Shown: positions 1-13,648, numbered from the stretch's first letter. The stretch: DNA of 64,000 nucleotides from the human T2T-CHM13v2.0 reference genome, Homo sapiens (GCF_009914755.1 NC_060931.1), one strand, 5' to 3'. The notes: generated by a model from the sequence alone, not told the origin. A program made the numbers and translations.

Positions 1-174
1 ATGAGGGGAAGAAGAGTAAGGAAAGGCTTCTAGAAGGAAATGACACTTAATCTAAGATCCCAGGAGAAGCCAAATAGAGGAAGTGTGTGAGGTTTCTTCA
101 GATGTGGCTTGTGTTAGGGCATTAAATGGAAGAGGAAATGGAAGTAATAAATATAAGTAATAAATATAAAGTCT

Positions 175-388
175 TTAGTGTATGCCTTGGGTTTTATGTT
201 ATAAGCTCATCTGATCCTCACAACCAAACATCAATGAGTTGGATAGTATCCCCATTTAACAGAAGGGGAGACCTAGCTAGGTTCAGAGAGACTTGACAAA
301 GTGCCCAGGTTCATTCATCTGGTAAGCAGCAAAGCCAGCAGTTTAACTCAGGTAAATCACACTCCATGGCACTTGCTCTCTCCACCAA
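175..388 (-). mobile_element. MIR SINE
   Basis: Reverse MIR core (ATCCTCACAAC...CCCATTTAACAGA...GGTAAGCAGCAAAGCC). Confidence 0.75.
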
Positions 389-502
389 ACAATTCTTGCT
401 ATTCCAAGAAAGAAAGGGTGAATATGGGGGAAAAAATCAATCAATGATGCAAATTGACAGCATAACTTTTCATTATCTAGTGATATTCATGTAATAGGAA
501 GA

Positions 503-580
503 TGTTGGAGCTCAGAAACAGATAGCCCAAAATATGGTCTTTTGACATGCCAGACTAAAGAAGCAGCCTCAAAGTCTCTC
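503..580 (+). mobile_element. ERV1 LTR 5' fragment (MER39/MER34-like)
   Basis: TGTTGGAGCTCAGAAA...CCCAAAATATGG...TTTGACATGC...AAGAAGCAGCCTCAA resembles the recalled start of this LTR group. Confidence 0.55.
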
Positions 581-776
581 TAAGAATTAAACTGAACCTT
601 TGTTGAGGGCTAAAAAACAACTTTTGGGTTACAGACTCTGTCCCTAGGAAATCAACTGTTTTTCAGTTTGGATGCAGATCAGTCCAGAAATCCCCATCCC
701 AATTGTTCCCACCCCTCCATTAGCTTCTCAGCCCAATCCTTCAAAGCAAGCCCTGCAGGTCACTGATTCCTATCTT

Positions 777-899
777 TAAAAAAATTGTATGAATTTATGG
801 AGTGCAAGTGCTATTTTGTTATATGCATAGATTGCGTGGTGGTCAAGTCAGGGCTTTAGGGTATCCATCATCCAAATAACAGGTATTGGACTAATATTT
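777..899 (-). mobile_element. Short 5'-truncated L1PB 3' end
   Basis: L1PB 3'UTR motif ATGCATAGATTGC...GTGGTCAAGTCAGGGC; 11-bp TSD ATTCCTATCTT at 766-776 and 900-910. Confidence 0.8.
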
Positions 900-1027
900 A
901 TTCCTATCTTGAGATTACCCAGGAAGGTTGACAATGGACTCCCTGAAACTGCCAATTCCTTAATCACGGCTGGCAGAAATAAATGGTGCAGGTGTTTCCT
1001 ATCTGTGTCCTTCAGTACCTTACTCCT

Positions 1028-1182
1028 CAGAGGGTGGTCCTTGAACTAGCAGCATCAGCATCACCTGGGAGTTTATTTAAAATATGCAATCTCAGACCTC
1101 ATCCCAGACCTACTGAATAATAATTCATATTTAACAAAATCCTCATGTAATTTGTAAGCACTCTCAAGTTTGGAAAGTTCTG
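1028..1182. mobile_element. MER5-type hAT-Charlie MITE
   Basis: CAGCATCAGCATCACCTGGGAG...CCCAGACCTACTGAAT. Confidence 0.8.
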
Positions 1183-1444
1183 GTTTGAACAGCAATGCAG
1201 CTTCATGATAATAAATATGTTTCCCTCTGCAGGGCTTCTATATCCCTATATTAATATTATTATATTCATATTCACTAAGATTCTCTAAGAGGGGCATATT
1301 GAAAACAGTGTTGTCCAAATATATTTCACCTTAGACGCCTCCCTCCCAACAGCCATGTATATTGTGCAGAATTGGGAGAGGGAGATTAAGAAAATTACAG
1401 GACTATTAACCTAAAGAATCAATTCTGGAAGTGCTGAAGCATTA

Positions 1445-1645
1445 GAGTAAGGGTTTTTGTGGCTGGATAGATTTGAATTTGAATATCAACTTTTTTCTGA
1501 GTAGCTGTGTGTACTTGGCCATGATACATAACCTGTCTGAGCCTCAAGCACTCAGTAGTAAATTGGAGAGGATAATACCTGCTTTGCAGGACCTTTGCTA
1601 GCATTAAGGTGCCTAGCACAAATAGGCAATCAGTAAGTAGTGGCT
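1445..1645 (+). mobile_element. MIR SINE
   Basis: TAGCTGTGTG...AACCTGTCTGAGCCTC...GTGCCTAGCACA. Confidence 0.7.
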
Positions 1646-1829
1646 TCAGCTTCAGTTACTTTTATCTAGGATAATGTAAAGTTAAAAATACACCAGATGA
1701 TTACTATGCAAATAACTAATAGATTAGCAGACATTTATGTATATGATTAATCTATTAGTCTTTATCACACTAATATTTTCTAATATTTAAACACAAATAG
1801 AAAATTGTACAATGCAATTTTAATCTTTT

Positions 1830-2535
1830 TCTGATTCTAGAAATTATATAAAATGTAGAACATTTTGAAAATTTCAAAAAACCACAAAAATAAAAACAAA
1901 AATCATCTTTAATTCCACTACTCAGAGATAAGAACTATGAACATTTTAGGGTCTATCTCACCTATATTTATCAACGCATATATATGTGTGTGTTTATATA
2001 TGCAAACTTAGTATAAAACTGCAATAACTGTTTTCTAACTTGCTATGCTCACCACTAAGAGCACAGACATTAGAGCCAGACTGCCTGTGTTCAAAGCCTG
2101 GCTCTGTCCCAAAGCAGCTGAGTGATCTTCACTAACACATGTAGTCTTGCTATGCTTCAGCTTCTTCATCTAGAGAATGGGAATTATAATAGTGTCTACC
2201 TTGCAGGGTTGTTGGAGGATTAAATGAGATAGTCTCTATAAAACATAATAGTGCCTGGTATATAAGAAGGTCTAGGTCATTGTCTATTATAATTATTAAC
2301 TATATATTACGAACATTTATAATCCAAAAATATTCTACTGCAATTTTTTAAACATTTCCCTACTATTACACTGTATTTCATACAACTTGGGTTTATTTGA
2401 AGAAATGCATTTAATTTTAAGCTGTTTACATTTTTTGGTACAGTAAATAACCATTCTGCATATGGATTTCTGCACATACCTTTCAATGTTCCCTTAGAAC
2501 ACATTCCTGGAATCAGAATTGTATAATAAAATATC
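1830..2535 (-). mobile_element. Ancient L1ME/L1MC-type 3' fragment, interrupted by a MIR
   Basis: Degenerate old-L1 3'UTR motifs (AATTCCACTACTCAGAGATA; CCTTAGAACACATTCCTGGAA). Confidence 0.45.
2055..2300 (+). mobile_element. MIR SINE, near full length
   Basis: TAAGAGCACAGAC...GCCAGACTGCCTG...GGGTTGTTGGAGGATTAAATGAGA. Confidence 0.85.
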
Positions 2536-5500
2536 ATTTTACCAACTGGTAACTATCCGTAAGATTTAATGTGGGAACCAGGACGTCATTCAGATCTCCT
2601 GGAGATCTTAGGAAAGTTGAGGAATTTGGGCTGCTTGGAGAAATACGACCAAAGATAGAAAAGCTAAGGTCAAGAGAGACGGGAAGGCAACATTATCTAC
2701 TTTAAAATGACAGCTACACTACAGCTGTGGCTCACAGAGGGAAGGATGATGCCTTTGTGTTTCAGCCAGGCATAAAATAGACATACAATGAATGACGTTT
2801 AAATACTAGACTTTTTTCTTTTTTTAAGTTGGTGCAGTTATGGTCCCATAGGAACTGCTAGACTTGGGCTTTTCTCTGGCACAGACCAATTTATCAAACA
2901 GCAAAGCCATGGCTTTTGGAGCCAACTGAAACTGGAATCAAATTTACCGACCCCTGGCAAATGGAACACCCATGTGTCACTTTGAGAGCCTAGTGCACTG
3001 TTTCTAAACTGTCCAAACCCACGTGCTTATGCAGCCTTGTGTTCTCTGCTGGGCTAAGAGTGGAACATCCACCTGCACATCCATTTGAAGTGGACCTTTC
3101 AGCATTTGGGAACCTCCTTCATATTCCCAAAAATGACTTTGCCCAGATACAGTATCAGCTTCTCATTAAGCTCTGCTTTGTTCTTGATCTCATGCTCTCA
3201 TAACTACCAAACATGAATTAATATCACCACTAAAAATTAACCGGGAGGGCAGCAGTTGTTAACATCTCTAATAGCTTACAGAAGTATGACATTTTCTATG
3301 TTGGAAATCATGTCTCAATGCAATGGGTGCTTAATATTTTCTAACACCTTTGAGGGCAAGGTCATGAGATTTAATATGTATTTCATATTACTGAGATCGT
3401 AAAATCAATTAAGTAACAGATGAGGCACTCATACAATCCTCTCTGATGGACTATTATTGATGACTAGTAATATAACAAATAACAGTCATCCCTGAATATA
3501 GATCACCTAGTTTTATTAGACCCAGATCAAAGACATTATCTTTAGTGGTAAAAGGCAAATAAGAATATAGATGAATCTCTTGGATTCAGTTACCACTGGA
3601 CTAGGGCAGGGAGCTCATCCACTTCTCGAGATAATCTCACTAGAAAATTGATTTAATTATCCTATAGCAGTTAGAGCAGGAAATCTGATTTCCATTTCTG
3701 CAGTGTCATTTTAGGAACCTTAAAACATTTCCAAGTTTTAGTTCACTTTTTTATTTCTGCCTTTGCATCATATAATTAATATCTGCCTTAGAATTGTAAA
3801 AAAAAAATTAAAAAATAAAAAGTAATTTTGAAAACCAAATTTGGGTTATAATTTCTCTTCATTTAACCATTTCTTAAATATTGGGTGGGATTCCAGCTCT
3901 TCCCATTTTTTAAAGTGATCTATTCTTCTCTAAGATTTTTGTTATTATCTTTAATGTTGGTAATGCAAAATCTATATGCCCAGCCTCCAACTCAACTCTA
4001 CCATTTTAAAAATCACATATTAACTACATATTGCATACTTGAAAATGGTTTTATTAATTCAACAAATGTGTTTAGTGACTTCTAAGGGTACTATTGCTAT
4101 TGTTATTATTGGTTACAATGATAAGCAAAACACAGAAATTTCCTGTCCTCACAGAACTCCTATTCTCGTACCACCTCAAAAGTAACATATCAAAAGCTAA
4201 ACTCACCACTTTCCTTTAAACTAAGCTTCGATCACTTTTGCTATCTTAATATGATTAATACAATTGTGGATATATATATATATGTATATATATGTACTAT
4301 GTACATAATCTTTTTAATTTTAAATTTTTTTTGAATGGTCAGATTATAAAGATGAGTCTGATATTATTCACCTCTGCTCTTTTTTGCTACAAATTACAGT
4401 TTTCTCAATGCTTATGACAGACGCATCCATCTATACGTCCATTGATGCCAAAAATTAAACATTCCTCCATGTTCACCTCAAATTTGCTTTCCCTCATTTT
4501 TTTTTCTGGCTTAATGAATGATGTCATCATCTACATAGCTAAATGTGGCCTTCATTTTTTCTAATATCTATTCATGTGTGATTTCTTCACACATTTAATG
4601 TTCATTACTTTTCCACGATATGGTTCTAGATGCTGCAAGCATATAGATGGATAAAACCCTTTGAACTCCTACATCCAAACAACTATTAAGTCATCATGAA
4701 TAACTACCAAATGCAGAGGAATCTTCTGGAAAATATCGTTCTAATATGCTCCCTTTCTGTTTTTTAAAATAATAGTTTTATTGAGATATAAGCACATACC
4801 ATAAAATAGTTGTTTTAAAGTGTATAAGTCATTTGCATTACTAATCGCGGGGATTTAAAAATAGATAAAACATAAAAAATGAAGCTTACAATTCAGTGGC
4901 TTTTAGTTAGTCACAGAATTGTGGAACTATCACTATGAATCATTATAAAATATTTTCACCACCTTAGAAAGAAGATCTGTACACATTAGTAATCACTCCC
5001 CGCACTCCACTTTTCCAGTCCTTGGCAAATACTAATGTACTTTTTGTCTCTGTGGATTTTCCTATTCTGGACATTTCATATAAATTGAATCAACAATATG
5101 TGGTCTTTTGTGTCTTTTTTTCATTTAGCATAACGTTTTCAAGTTCATGTATGTTGTACTATATATCAGTACTTCATTCCTTTATATGGATGAATAATAT
5201 TCCATTGTATGTATAAACCACACAATTTATCCATTCATCCATTGATGGACATTTGGGTTGTTTCCAACTTTTGGTTATTATGAATCATGCTTTCATAAAC
5301 ATTTGTATACAAGTTTCTGTGTGGACATATGCTTTCAATTTCTTTTGTTATATACCTAAGAGTGGAATTACTGGGTCTTATGGCAACTTTCTGTTTAATA
5401 TTTTGAGGAAATGCTAAACTGTTTTCCAAAACAGCTCTACAATTTTACAATCCCACCAGCAGTGTATCAGGGCTCCATTTTCTCCATATACTCACCAATA

Positions 5501-6267
5501 CTCATTTTCCATTTTTAAAAAGTTACAGACATCCAAATGAGCATGAAGTGATATCACATTGTGTTTTAAATTTGTACTTCTATAATGACTAATGATATTG
5601 AGCACCTTTTCACATGCTCATTGGATCTGTATGCTGTCCTTGGAGAAATGACTATTCAGGCCAATTTACCCATTTTAAAAACTGAGTCATTTGTCTTTTT
5701 ATTGTTGAATTGTAAGAGTTTGTTATATAGACTATATATAAATCCCTTATCAAATATACAATTTGCAAATATTTTCACCCATTCTGTGAACTGTCATTCA
5801 TTTTCTTGATGGTGTCCTATAAAGCAATTTTTTTTAATTTGATGAAGGCCAATTTATCTGATTTTTTTTCACTTATGATTTTACTGTCATGATTAAGAAA
5901 TTTTTTGTTTGCCTAATCCAAAGACTTATTCCTATGTTTTCTTCCAAAACTTTTATAGTTTTAGCTCTCACCTATGCTCTATGATCCAGTTATAGTTAAT
6001 TTTTATATGTGATGTGACGCAGGGGTCCAGCAGCTTCATTTTTTTACATGTGGAAATCCAGTTATTTCAGTACCATTTTTTGAAAAACCTACAAATTGTC
6101 TTGGCAATTTTGTCAAAAACGAATTTGCCATAAGTGTAGGTGTTTATTTCTTGACTCTTAACATTTCATTGGTCTGTATACAATTTCATTTATTTACTTA
6201 TTTATTTATTTATGCCAGTACAACATTGTTTTGATTACTGTATCTTTGTAGCAAGTTTTAAAATTGG

Positions 6268-6582
6268 GGTTGGCACGGTGGCTCATGCCTGTAATCCTAG
6301 CACTTTGGGAGGCCAAGGCAGGCAGATCACTTGAGGTCAGGGGTTTGAGACCAGCCTGGCCTGTGTGGTAAAACCCTGTCTCTACCAAAAAAAATAAAAA
6401 AATAAAAAATTAGCCAGGTCTGGTGGCATGTGCCTGTAATCCCAGCTACTCAGGAGGCTAAGGCAAACAGAATCACTTGAACCTGAGAAACAGAGGTTGC
6501 CGTGAGCTGAGAGCATGCCACTGCACTCCAGCCTGGGTGACAGAGTGAGACCCTGCCACCAAAAAAAAATAAAAGAAAAAAA
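6268..6582 (+). mobile_element. Alu (S/J), full length
   Basis: Dimeric Alu with A tail; TSD AAGTTTTAAAATTGG at 6253-6267 and 6583-6597. Confidence 0.97.
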
Positions 6583-6695
6583 AAGTTTTAAAATTGGGAG
6601 GTACCCTCTATCTTTGTTCTTTTTCAGGATTGTTTTGCCTATTCTGGGTCCTTTATCTTTCTTCACATCAATTTTGGACCACTTTGTCAATTTCT

Positions 6696-6697
<2 letters not shown>

Positions 6698-6734
<37 letters not shown>
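6698..6734 (+). repeat. Poly(A)37 tract inside the L1MB
   Basis: 37 uninterrupted A residues. Confidence 0.95.
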
Positions 6735-6738
<4 letters not shown>

Positions 6739-6999
6739 GCTCCTCAGCTGTCATTTTGATAGGGATTGCCCTGAGTCTGAGAATCAATTTAGGGAATATT
6801 CCCATCTTAATTAAGTCTTCGGCTTCCTCTGTTTTCTTCTGCCACTGCTGGGTGTTGCTTGCCATTACCTCCAACCTACATTACTGCTTTAAACAATTAG
6901 ATTCATTTCCCACTGCACTCCGGAAAAATTTCAAACTCCTCACTCACTCTGTCCTACAGTGCTTTCTGTGGGTCAGTATGTACTATCCCTCTTTGACCT

Positions 7000-7420
7000 T
7001 ATAGCTCTTCCACTTCTTTACTGTTTCAGTTGTTTTTTGTTCTGGTCCTGAACAGAGCATGTTTATTCCTATATCAGACCCTTTGTTTTCTATGTTCCCT
7101 TGTCTGAAATCCTCTTCCCTGAAATCTTTGTAAGCCTGACTCCTTTTTATCATTCACTTCTTAGTTATGATCTTACTTAAGCATACCATCTAGTGTTACA
7201 AAAAATGAAAAATCTTTATTCCCTTCTTTCATTCCCTAGCTGCTCTCTTTCATATTTCCCTATTTAATTTTCAAGAGTACTTACAAGTATATAAAAATTT
7301 CCCATTTATTATTTATTTCTTTATTGTCTAGCTTCTTACCTAAAATATAGACTCCAGAATCTTGAACAATGCTTCACACAGTTTGCATTTAATAAGTATG
7401 CTAAATGTTGTTGCATGGAT
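7000..7420 (+). mobile_element. L2 3' end
   Basis: Degenerate L2 3' motifs ending ...AATAAGTATGCTAAATG. Confidence 0.6.
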
Positions 7421-7479
7421 TTCAATAATTATTTTCTACATAGTTCTTCAAGTAAGAATAATAGTGATAAGTATAACAA

Positions 7480-7692
7480 TGGTAGATAATATTTGTCTGG
7501 CACCTATGTGTTAGGCTTTGCAGCTAAGCACTTTATAGTTTAATTTACAATGACATTATAAGGTATGTACAATCATTCACTTCCACTTGACAGATGAAAA
7601 ATTTATGGTTTAGGAGGCAAGTAACTTAGCCAAAATCACTGGTCAAGGGACAGAGCTAATATTTAAATCTATGCAGTCTGGCTCCAAAGCCT
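7480..7692 (-). mobile_element. MIR SINE
   Basis: GACAGATGAAAAA...AAGTAACTTAGCCAA...CAGTCTGGCTCCAAAGCC. Confidence 0.8.
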
Positions 7693-7815
7693 ACACCGGG
7701 AGACCTCTCAGGCCTCCTAGTCATTAAATAAACATTTGCTCAAGCGCCTTTTATGCTGTAGGCACAGTGTTGGTTGCTGTGCATACAACCACCAACGCCT
7801 TCAAACAGTACTTCA

Positions 7816-8142
<327 letters not shown>

Positions 8143-8163
8143 AATGAAGAATATGTATGGTGA

Positions 8164-8500
8164 TGTTGTAGGACTTTCTCCTTTCTCCTCAATTCAGCTA
8201 AAAACCATTTTCTTGTCACGTGACCAGAAAAGATTAGGCTTGCGGACACATAGAAGGGTGCGAAAAATAGAATTTATTGGGCAGAAAAGGAAAAAAAAAA
8301 CTCAGCAAAGCTAGAGAGGTTCCCATTAACAGGCCCCCATCTCACCGATTGAACCTTAGGTTACCAGTATGGAACAGGGGAAGCCAGGCTCCTCCCCACT
8401 GCAAACAGCACAAACTTTCCATGGGTCCGCCCCATCCTCTCAGTGCACAGGCCTGTCTGTCAGAGATTCTCCAGAGAGTCCTTTTTACTTGGCTGTCTCA
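8164..8500 (-). mobile_element. MER61 (ERV1) solo LTR
   Basis: TG...CA termini, 4-bp TSD GTGA (8160-8163, 8501-8504); minus strand starts TGAGACAGCCAAGTAAAAAGG and has AATAAA. Confidence 0.85.
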
Positions 8501-8655
8501 GTGAAGTCACTTGGTAGACAGTCTAGGATATCTTGCTGAGGAGTTTATTCTTTTTCTTTTTGAACATACTAGGTGATAACCCGACCTGATCAAGTCAGCA
8601 TTTAATTTAATTGTGCTATGTTTCATTATGTACAATAAGATTATATTTTGGTAGC

Positions 8656-8973
8656 TTTTTTTTTTTTTTTTTTTTTTTTTTCTGAGACGGAATCTCACTC
8701 TGTTACTCGGGCTGGAGTGCAGGGGCGCAATCTCGGCTCACTGCAAGCTCCGCCTCCCGGGTTCACGCCATTCTCCTGCCTCAGCCTTCTGAGTAGCTGG
8801 GACTACAGGCGCCCGCCACCACTCCCGGCTAAATTTTTGTACTTTTTTTTTTTTTAGTAGAGACGGGGTTTCACCGTGTTAGCCACGATGGTCTCGATCT
8901 CCTGACCTCGTGATCTGCCCGCCTCGGCCTCCCAAAGTGCTGGGATTACAGGCTTGAGCCACCGCAACTGGCC
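8656..8973 (-). mobile_element. AluY
   Basis: Y diagnostics (GCAAGCTCCGCC, TTCACGCCATT, CCGTGTTAGCC), CpG-rich; TSD ATATT(T/G)TGGTAG. Confidence 0.95.
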
Positions 8974-9715
8974 ATATTGTGGTAGTTCTTTTAGTGGTTG
9001 AAATTAATGAAATTCTCTGGAGAATAAATATATCTTTTCTTGATGGAGTTTTATTTTGCCATAGAATCTAACAGCAATTCCAGGTTTTTCAGAAAATTTT
9101 AAAATTTAAAACATTATAAAACAAAAAAAAGGTAAATGACAAGCTTAATTGGAAATCCATTAGTTACAAACTTTAGAGCTAATTTTATATGTCCTCATGC
9201 CCAAAGAAGTGTTATATATTTTAAGACCAGAGTTCAGATAGTGAAGGAATAGACAAAGATTGCAGAATACATTATGGTACTTAAGTACAAAATCAAGACA
9301 AAAAGTGATTTCAGTATAAAATAATCAGTGCTATCACCTGCAGTATATCCAATGGAAGAAATAATAAATACAACTTAGAGATTTTCTTGGTACAACCATT
9401 AACAATATCCATAGCATATTATATTTGCTAAATATATAATTGCTTTTCAATTACCTCTTTAAAAGCTCCTTCAGGCACGGTCGAGTCAATGGAAAATGGT
9501 TAATATACTTCCTATTCTTCCCAGGATTATTTAGTATGCCTGTCCAGACACTTTCAAACAATGGCTTATATCACTACTTCATTTACCTCTGGTCTAGGGG
9601 AGGTGGTAGAGTAGTGCAGCTAGTGAAGCCAGGCTAGCTTTACGAAAGCAGGAATTTTTTTTTCACACTCTTGTATCCGCAGTGACTAGCATTGTGCTTG
9701 GTACTTGGTAGACAA

Positions 9716-11212
9716 TACCACATTTCGGTGATAGTAAGATGCCTTCAATTATTAGGTATATCATAATTTTAAACGTGATCAAGAAGAAAACACACTTCCA
9801 ATTAAATTGTGACAAATTATGTCTTATTACTTTGAATTTTACTTATATATTTATTCAAAATATTATTTTAGGCTTATTTAGACATAGATTTGTCATATGC
9901 TGTTCTAGTGAAAATGAAAACAGAAAACAAGAAAAGTGAAACTATTCCTAAAAATCTTCACATTCAGGATTTAACTTTCCTAATTGTGCATTAACTCAGA
10001 GTTGTTCAAATCCATGTTTCAGTACAATATTGTTCTTTGTGCCACAAGAGCATTGATATTGTGGCATCTCTAAAAAGAGTGCTCCACTCTTGTCTCTGTA
10101 GATTTTCTTCCAAGTCATTTCCACCCATTCTGTGATGCTATTGCTGGTCCTTTAATCTTATCTAAAGTTGTAATAGAAAGTTTTCAGACTACAATATCAG
10201 AAATCATATCCCCTTTTCATATAATTTGAAGATAGAACTACCATATGATCTGTCAATCCCACTACTGGGTATATATCTGAAAGAAATGAAATCAGTTGTG
10301 TTGAAAAGATCTCTGCACTCCCGTATTTATTGTGGCACTATTCATAATAGCCAAGGACATAATCAGCTGAAGTGTCCAACTACACATGCATGGATAGAGA
10401 AAATGTGGTATATATACACAATATAACACTCCTCAGTCATAAAACAGAACAAAATCCTATCATTTGTGGCAACATGGATGAACCTGGAGGACATTATGTT
10501 AAGTAAAATAAGCCAGGCACAAAAAGACAAATACCACATGAGCTCATAATGGGAAATTGCAAACACTGTGGGCCAGGTGGTGGGATCCTGAAAAGGATAT
10601 GTGGAATCCTGAAAAGTTGATTCATAGTAGAGAGTAGAATGGTGGTTGTCAGAGGCTGGTTAGTATAGAGGAGAGGGGAGAATGAGGAAGGTTGGGCAAT
10701 GGGCATAAAGTTACAGTTGGATGGAAAGAAGACATTCTGGTGTTCTACTTCACAATAGAATGACTATAACTCACAATAGTTTATGGTATATTTCAACATA
10801 GGTAGAAGAGAGGATTTTGAATGATATCACTACAAAGAAATAATATGTATTTAAAGTGATGGATGTGCTAATTACTCTGATTTGACATTATACAGTGTAA
10901 TACATGTATTGAAATATCACACCGTACCCCATAAATATGTACAATTATTATGTGTCAGTTATAAATAAAGTAAAACAAAAAATAACCCTTAAGTATTTCA
11001 TTAAGTTGAAACCTCAAGAGAACGGAGTCATTCAGTCATGCCAGCAGGAAGAGCAATCAAGTTTGCACATGTGCAGGCAATGACAAATTCATACATCACA
11101 ACCACCACCTGGCCCACAGTGTTTGCAATTTCCCATTAATTGAAAGATGCATCCCAATTTTAGAAATGTAAAAATGTAAAAGATGTAATTTTTCAAATTG
11201 ATAAACTATGAT
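9716..11212. mobile_element. Kanga/MER104-like TcMar-Tc2 DNA transposon fossil, split by an L1MA
   Basis: Ends resemble the recalled TIR CCGTATTTCATCGATTCTAAGA: TACCACATTTCGGTGATAGTAAGATGC and AAGATGCATCCCAATTTTAGAAATG...AAACTATGATA. Confidence 0.55.
10226..10985 (+). mobile_element. L1MA (about MA4-MA6) 3' end
   Basis: ORF2 C-terminal remnant (KIELPYD..IPLLGIY), L1MA 3'UTR, AATAAA and A-rich tail. Confidence 0.92.
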
Positions 11213-11454
11213 ATTAAAATACTAGAGATGCCAGGAGGAAGGTGAGCAAGATAGATGGGGATTGCATGTTTTAGATGAAATAAAATAGATTAAGCATTGA
11301 GCTCAGTGCCTTCTCCTTGCATTTCCATCCTAGTAAAGAGCTGGAAGAATTCACACAGTCATTTACAGGCTCTTCCCATGTGAGAACTATCATCGAGAAG
11401 GCAGTTGACTAAGAGCCTCAGTTAAATTTTAATTTATTCTAATTAGTCAGATAC

Positions 11455-11720
11455 TATTCATTCATTTTATTAATATTTATTAATAACCTGCAGTCTACCC
11501 AGTACTCTTCTAGTTGATGGGAACAGAATCACGAATCAAAAGGTCTATAGAGCTTATCTTCTAACAAGAGAAGCCCATATTGTAAATAAGTAAAAATTAA
11601 CTGAATAATATAAATCCAGAGAAATAAGTTTTGTGATATTATTGATAGAGAATAACTGGGTTTAGTGCGGGTATTTTTTAGATAGGTGGTCAGGGAAGAC
11701 CTCTTTGAGCAGCAATATTT
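11455..11720 (-). mobile_element. L2 fragment
   Basis: ATTCATTCATT...TATTTATT L2 tail in reverse; GGTGGTCAGGGAAGACCTC. Confidence 0.7.
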
Positions 11721-12580
11721 ATTGCCTGAGGCAAAATGAATGGCTGGGCAAATGAGTGGAAAGGACAGTTTTGAAGTACTATCTCAGCACAGCTTTCACT
11801 TAACTTTCGTCAGGTGGGAATGAGCAAGTTAATATTTGCAACAGATATTCCCTGCTACATTCCTAGTCAAAATTTAAGGGAAAACAACCATTTCTCTCTG
11901 TTAGAAAAGCTGCTGATACCTTTTTGTCTCTTTGTAAGATCAGCAAGGACTAAAACCTGTGTTATCTTCCTGAGTGGACTTATGATATGTTTGTGGTCAA
12001 AATTAAAGTTGAATATAAGTTATGGTTTGTTTTTTATATCTAGCACATCAACATTTTATCAGAGAACCATGAATACTGTCTTATTAGTTTAAAAATATTT
12101 GCCGTATATAATTACCTGTCAATTTTTCTTCAATATTTGATTACATTTTTGTTTTAATGAGGGCAATTTATTTTTAAAATGCAAAAATGTCATAATTGGG
12201 TCTTTGAGAGGTTTTAAGAGAGATTCATCATCTTTAATTTCAGCAAAAGCTTAGATTCTGCAGAACAAGTGGAAACAGTTCCATCAAGTGTCACTTGGTG
12301 GCAGCATAACAAAATTGCTATGAGAGTTCCTAACTTGGGGAGCTAAGTAAGTTCTTTTAGGAACAAGCTAGTGAAAAACAATATTATGGCTGTTTTGTAA
12401 CACATAAAAAAATCTGCCAGTGTTCTTATAATTTATTATAAGAAAAACATTTTTAAATACCATATCATACATAGTAAATTTTTTTCATTAATATAGCGTT
12501 CATTAACAAATATTTATTGTTTCTATTATATGGTAGAAACTGAGTTAAGAGTTAGGGCTAGATAATTTAAGCATGGTCTC

Positions 12581-12967
12581 TACTTGGGGCTAAATTGTGT
12601 CCCCCCAAAATTCATATGTTGAAGTCCTAACCCCCAGTATCTTATAATGTGACCGTATTTGGAACAGGGTCTTTAAAAAGGTAATCAAGTTAGAGTGAGG
12701 TAGTGAATTTAGAATGAGCTAATTCTACAGGACTAGTGTACATATAAGAAGAGAAAATTTGGAAACACATACATGCAGAGGGAAAACTGTGTGAAGACAG
12801 AGGAAAAAGACAGATATCTACACGCCAAGAAGAGAAGCCTCAGAAGAAACCAACCCTATTAATACCTTAATCTCAGACTTCTAATCTCCAAAATTGTGAG
12901 AAAATAAATTTCTGTTGTATAAGCCACCCCATGGTATTTTGTCATGGCAGCCCTAGCAAACTAGGCA
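12581..12967 (+). mobile_element. MLT1B MaLR solo LTR inside an L2
   Basis: AATTGTGTCCCCCCAAAATTCATATGTTGAAGTCCTAACCCCCAG...AGAAGAAACCAACCC...GGCAGCCCTAGCAAACTA. Confidence 0.88.
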
Positions 12968-13316
12968 GTTTTGATGCTCATGCCACATAACGTTTTAATT
13001 TTAAAAAACTGAAGCAGAGAAAAGTAATTTCTCTGCTATAAGTAATAAGGCAATGTGATGGGTTTTATAATAGATGCATGCTCAGAATTGTGAGCATGGT
13101 GGGGAGTGGAAGTAATTCTTTAGGATGATGTTGGAAGACCTTATATAAGAATATTTGATGTGGGTTTTTAAGAGTAAGTAGAAATTTTCCGGGCAGAGAA
13201 ATGGGAATGAGAATAAATGGTATTTAGGTAAAAGAAGATGATGTAACTGGAAATGGATAGGCAGGGGGTGACATAGAGTGTTGTGAAAATCTTGAGTTCT
13301 GAGTTGTTTATGGTCA

Positions 13317-13529
<213 letters not shown>

Positions 13530-13648
13530 TTATTGTCCAAGGCATTCCTTTCTTGAAATGGTAATATAAAATTATATATTTCAAATCGGTTGGCAAAATA
13601 GGTTCAAAAAGATTCACCAAAAAAACACAAAAAACGATAATTGGTCAG

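Larger units (their letters stand above)
4760..6812 (-). mobile_element. L1MB-type LINE, 3' ~1.7 kb, interrupted by an Alu
   Basis: L1MB 3'UTR in reverse. ORF 5235-5429 resembles the L1 ORF2 C-terminal region. Confidence 0.9.

Noticed and set aside
2592-2608. 17-bp palindrome AGATCTCC-T-GGAGATCT
   Set aside because: 8-bp arms are expected about once per 64 kb.
8164-8500. p53 response element in MER61
   Set aside because: Some MER61 subfamilies carry one, but I see no paired RRRCWWGYYY in this copy.
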